DNA of 63,023 bases, counting the filler, from Reclinomonas americana ATCC 50394 (Eukaryota): the NCBI GenBank assembly GCA_048213135.1. It is 25 parts of 25 records of this genome, joined end to end, with 100 filler letters (N's around TTAATTAATTAA, not from the genome) between each part and the next. Parts side by side here need not be neighbours in the genome. Positions count along the whole stretch, not along the records: positions 55,749 to 61,559 come from AFZH01021029.1; positions 61,660 to 63,023 come from AFZH01021032.1; 23 more parts are not named here. The stretch is one strand, 5' to 3'. The position numbers were made by a program, and so were the translations under genes. Below are positions 60,501 to 63,023 of this stretch, piece by piece. The notes below the pieces were generated by a model, which was not told the DNA's origin, did no database searches, and saw only the letters and a program-made list of their open reading frames with translations. The stretch's first letter is position 1, and every line of letters starts with the position of its first letter.

Positions 60501-61974
60501 CATGGCTTGAATACTTAAAGGTGGAGGTGAGGGAGAGAATGCCAGTATTATGAAAGAAGTGCAAGTGCTCTTGGCTGGTGCAAAGAGCAAAAGGTGGCTG
60601 TCGAAAGAAAGGGAACTGCGGTGCCACAGAGCGCAGAGGAATATCACATTGGTTCGCAAGAAAGGAAGCTATGTTGCCACAGATCAGAGGTTCACATTAT
60701 CGTCGACAGAAAAAATAATGTAGAGCGCGTGATGTCGGCTGCTCCCTGACAGATAATCATATCGTCTTCGAATTAAACAGGAATAGTAAGGAAAAGCTAT
60801 TGGGTGGTGCCTTCCAGTGCAGCGGGAAATCACAAGCCTTCAACAGAAAGAGAAACAACGACAGAGGACTTTCACACGGTCGTCGAAAGAACAAGAATCA
60901 ATGACGGAGATAGCAGCGCAAGATTGCGAACAAGCAGTAGCAGCATGACGCCACGATGGTTCGAATTCTTGGACGTATAACGGAGGCAAGCAAAGAATAA
61001 TGCTGAGGCCGCTGAAGCGTGCAATTCGCCCACATCTCTCTCTTGACTCAACACGAACTTCTTCTCCGAATTATGTGAAACCATTCTTCTCCCTCTCCCA
61101 CATACCGGCTTCATGATCCACACGGCACCCGGATACTTCTTGAACTCCTCCACAAAGAGTGTGTACTCGGCCGGCAACACAAAGGTGGTCGGCGCAAAGT
61201 CGTACTTGGCGGCCTCTGGATTCTGATCGCGCAGCAGCTGCTTGTGACATCGCTTGATGTTTTTCACCAACAGGTCCTTGCGGGTCATCTGTGAAAAGGG
61301 GGAGGAGAGGAGAAGGGAAGATTGATAAGAGAAGTGGATGGAGAGTGAAGAAAAAATGGAAGAAGTAGACGAGGCAGAAAGACAAGCAGGAAAGGGGGGA
61401 GGATAGTGGGAAATGGCAGTAAAAGATGAAGACGAAGAATAAGAAGAGAGAGAAAGAAAGACAAACAACTGAGTTCACAAGACGCACTACCTCCTCCTCG
61501 CCCTCTCCTCATCAAACGCACCTCGTAGTGATTGCGGAAATGATTGACGCGCTGATTGTNNNNNNNNNNNNNNNNNNNNNNNNNNNNNNNNNNNNNNNNN
61601 NNNTTAATTAATTAANNNNNNNNNNNNNNNNNNNNNNNNNNNNNNNNNNNNNNNNNNNNAACAGACGTGGAAGAAGAAGAAGAAGAAGAAGAAGAAGAAG
61701 AGGCAGGCACTCGTCGCCTCGCCATCGCAGGCACACCACGATGAGCAGACGACCACAATGCGCTCTTCTTCTTCTTCTCATCATCATCATCGTCGATGAT
61801 CTTGATGAAGGGAGAGGAGGAATGCATCATCGTCGTCGCATGCTGCTTGCTGTCGATGAGCATCATGTCTGCTTTCTCGTCTTCGTCGCACGGAGAAGAA
61901 GCAGACATTGGCTGCGAAGGAGTTGTTGTTGTTGTTGAGTGAGGGCGAGGAGGAGGAGGACGTCGAGCGGCCAT
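57584..61974 (-). CDS. TTLL9: Tubulin polyglutamylase TTLL9 (start at 61974 or 61725)
   Basis: [101 protein letters not shown]. Confidence 0.92.
57830..58370 (+). repeat. Polypurine (GGGGAAGAGAG-type) tract in a TTLL9 intron
   Basis: About 540 nt of nearly pure A/G with ~15-nt periodicity. Confidence 0.9.
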
Positions 61975-62518
61975 TCGTGTGTGTCTCTGTTCTTGTCTCG
62001 CACACACGCGCGCACTGCGTGAATACAAGAAACGAAGAGAGGGAGAGAGAACAATTCGTTGATCCGAACAGCATGATGAAAAGGTGACAAGTCGTGATGT
62101 GCAGCGAAGAGTGTGGTGGGGAGAAGGGGAAAGTGAGGAGAGAAGATGGTATCAGGAGAACGGGGCAACCTTGGGTGCATTGACAGCTGCACATGCGATT
62201 GTTCGCAGCGCGAATTCGAATTCTCCATGCATGACTAGCAATGCAAGTCTCTTTCTTTGGACACGGAGAGAGCAGGCATAGATCCGAGAAGCTGGTCGAT
62301 ACCTCATCAGGCCGCAGTGGCACAGCGCTGTTTGGCTGGCACTTTCTTGCTTCTTGCACGCATGCGGTGTCTCAGAAGAAATTGAATGCACGCAGCCATC
62401 GCACCACAAGCCAACCCAGCTTTGAGAACTCGCGCCTCGGCACACAGCGTGCCCTTCCACACTTGCACTTCCACGCTGCGACTTGTCCTCGTCCCGATTT
62501 TCGCGCCCACAACGAAAG

Positions 62519-62749
62519 ATGTCCAACGGCGATCCCTTCCGCTCCCCACCACCCTCCTCCACTACCACCACCACCACCATTACATCCCCCCTCTCGCCCA
62601 CCGCCGCCGCCTTGCTTCCCAATGCCAGCGCGGAGTCCGCAGTGGCCGCTGCCGCACTTCGCGCCCAACACATGCGCGATCTGCAGACGCACACTCGACA
62701 GCGCGTGCTGGCGCTCCTCAGTGAGCTCGACCCACAACTGGCCCGCGAG
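62519..62749 (+). CDS. First exon of an unknown gene
   Basis: MSNGDPFRSPPP..RVLALLSELDPQLARE followed by GAG|gtac donor and a CT-rich intron. Confidence 0.55.
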
Positions 62750-62971
62750 GTACTAAACACCGATACCTGGATTGTCTCTCTCATTCTCTGTCACTCTCCT
62801 CCTTAGTCTCTCACTCTCTGATTCTCTCTGTCTCTCTCAGTCTCTCTCTCACTCTCCTCCTAAGTCTCTCACTGTCTTGTTCTCTCTCTCTCACTCTCTC
62901 TCACTCTCTCTCAGTCTCTCTCAGTCTCTCTCACTCTCCACCTCTTCCCCTCGTTTCCGTCTTCTTCGCTT

Positions 62972-63023
<52 letters not shown>

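Overview
Intron-rich eukaryotic (protist) draft scaffold. It consists of 25 contigs joined by 24 artificial 100-nt spacers (N44-TTAATTAATTAA-N44) and shows signs of 454 pyrosequencing. The ORF track is mostly uninformative, so I spliced the genes by hand. Recognisable genes are Brr2/SNRNP200, QPRT, a Gap1/Sar1-type RasGAP, a Rab GTPase, ATR, a class I myosin, kanadaptin, a stand-alone MDH1B N-terminal-like domain, Mic60, DCAF8-like, METTL14, a GOST-family 7TM protein, Timeless and TTLL9, plus several unknown genes. This content suggests a flagellate with cristate mitochondria; I cannot name the species. The main observation concerns splicing: at least 24 introns use the donor GTTGCG and about 10 more use GTT-N-N-GT. 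These look like the genome's common GTGCGT donor shifted by one nucleotide, usually with no G at -1, so 'shifted-register' 5' splice sites, rare in mammals, appear to be a major class here. Other highlights are an EGF-repeat protein fused to a 4.2-kb intronless fibre-like repeat exon, and long introns whose ends carry complementary simple repeats. All counts are manual and all gene calls come from motif recognition, not database searches.
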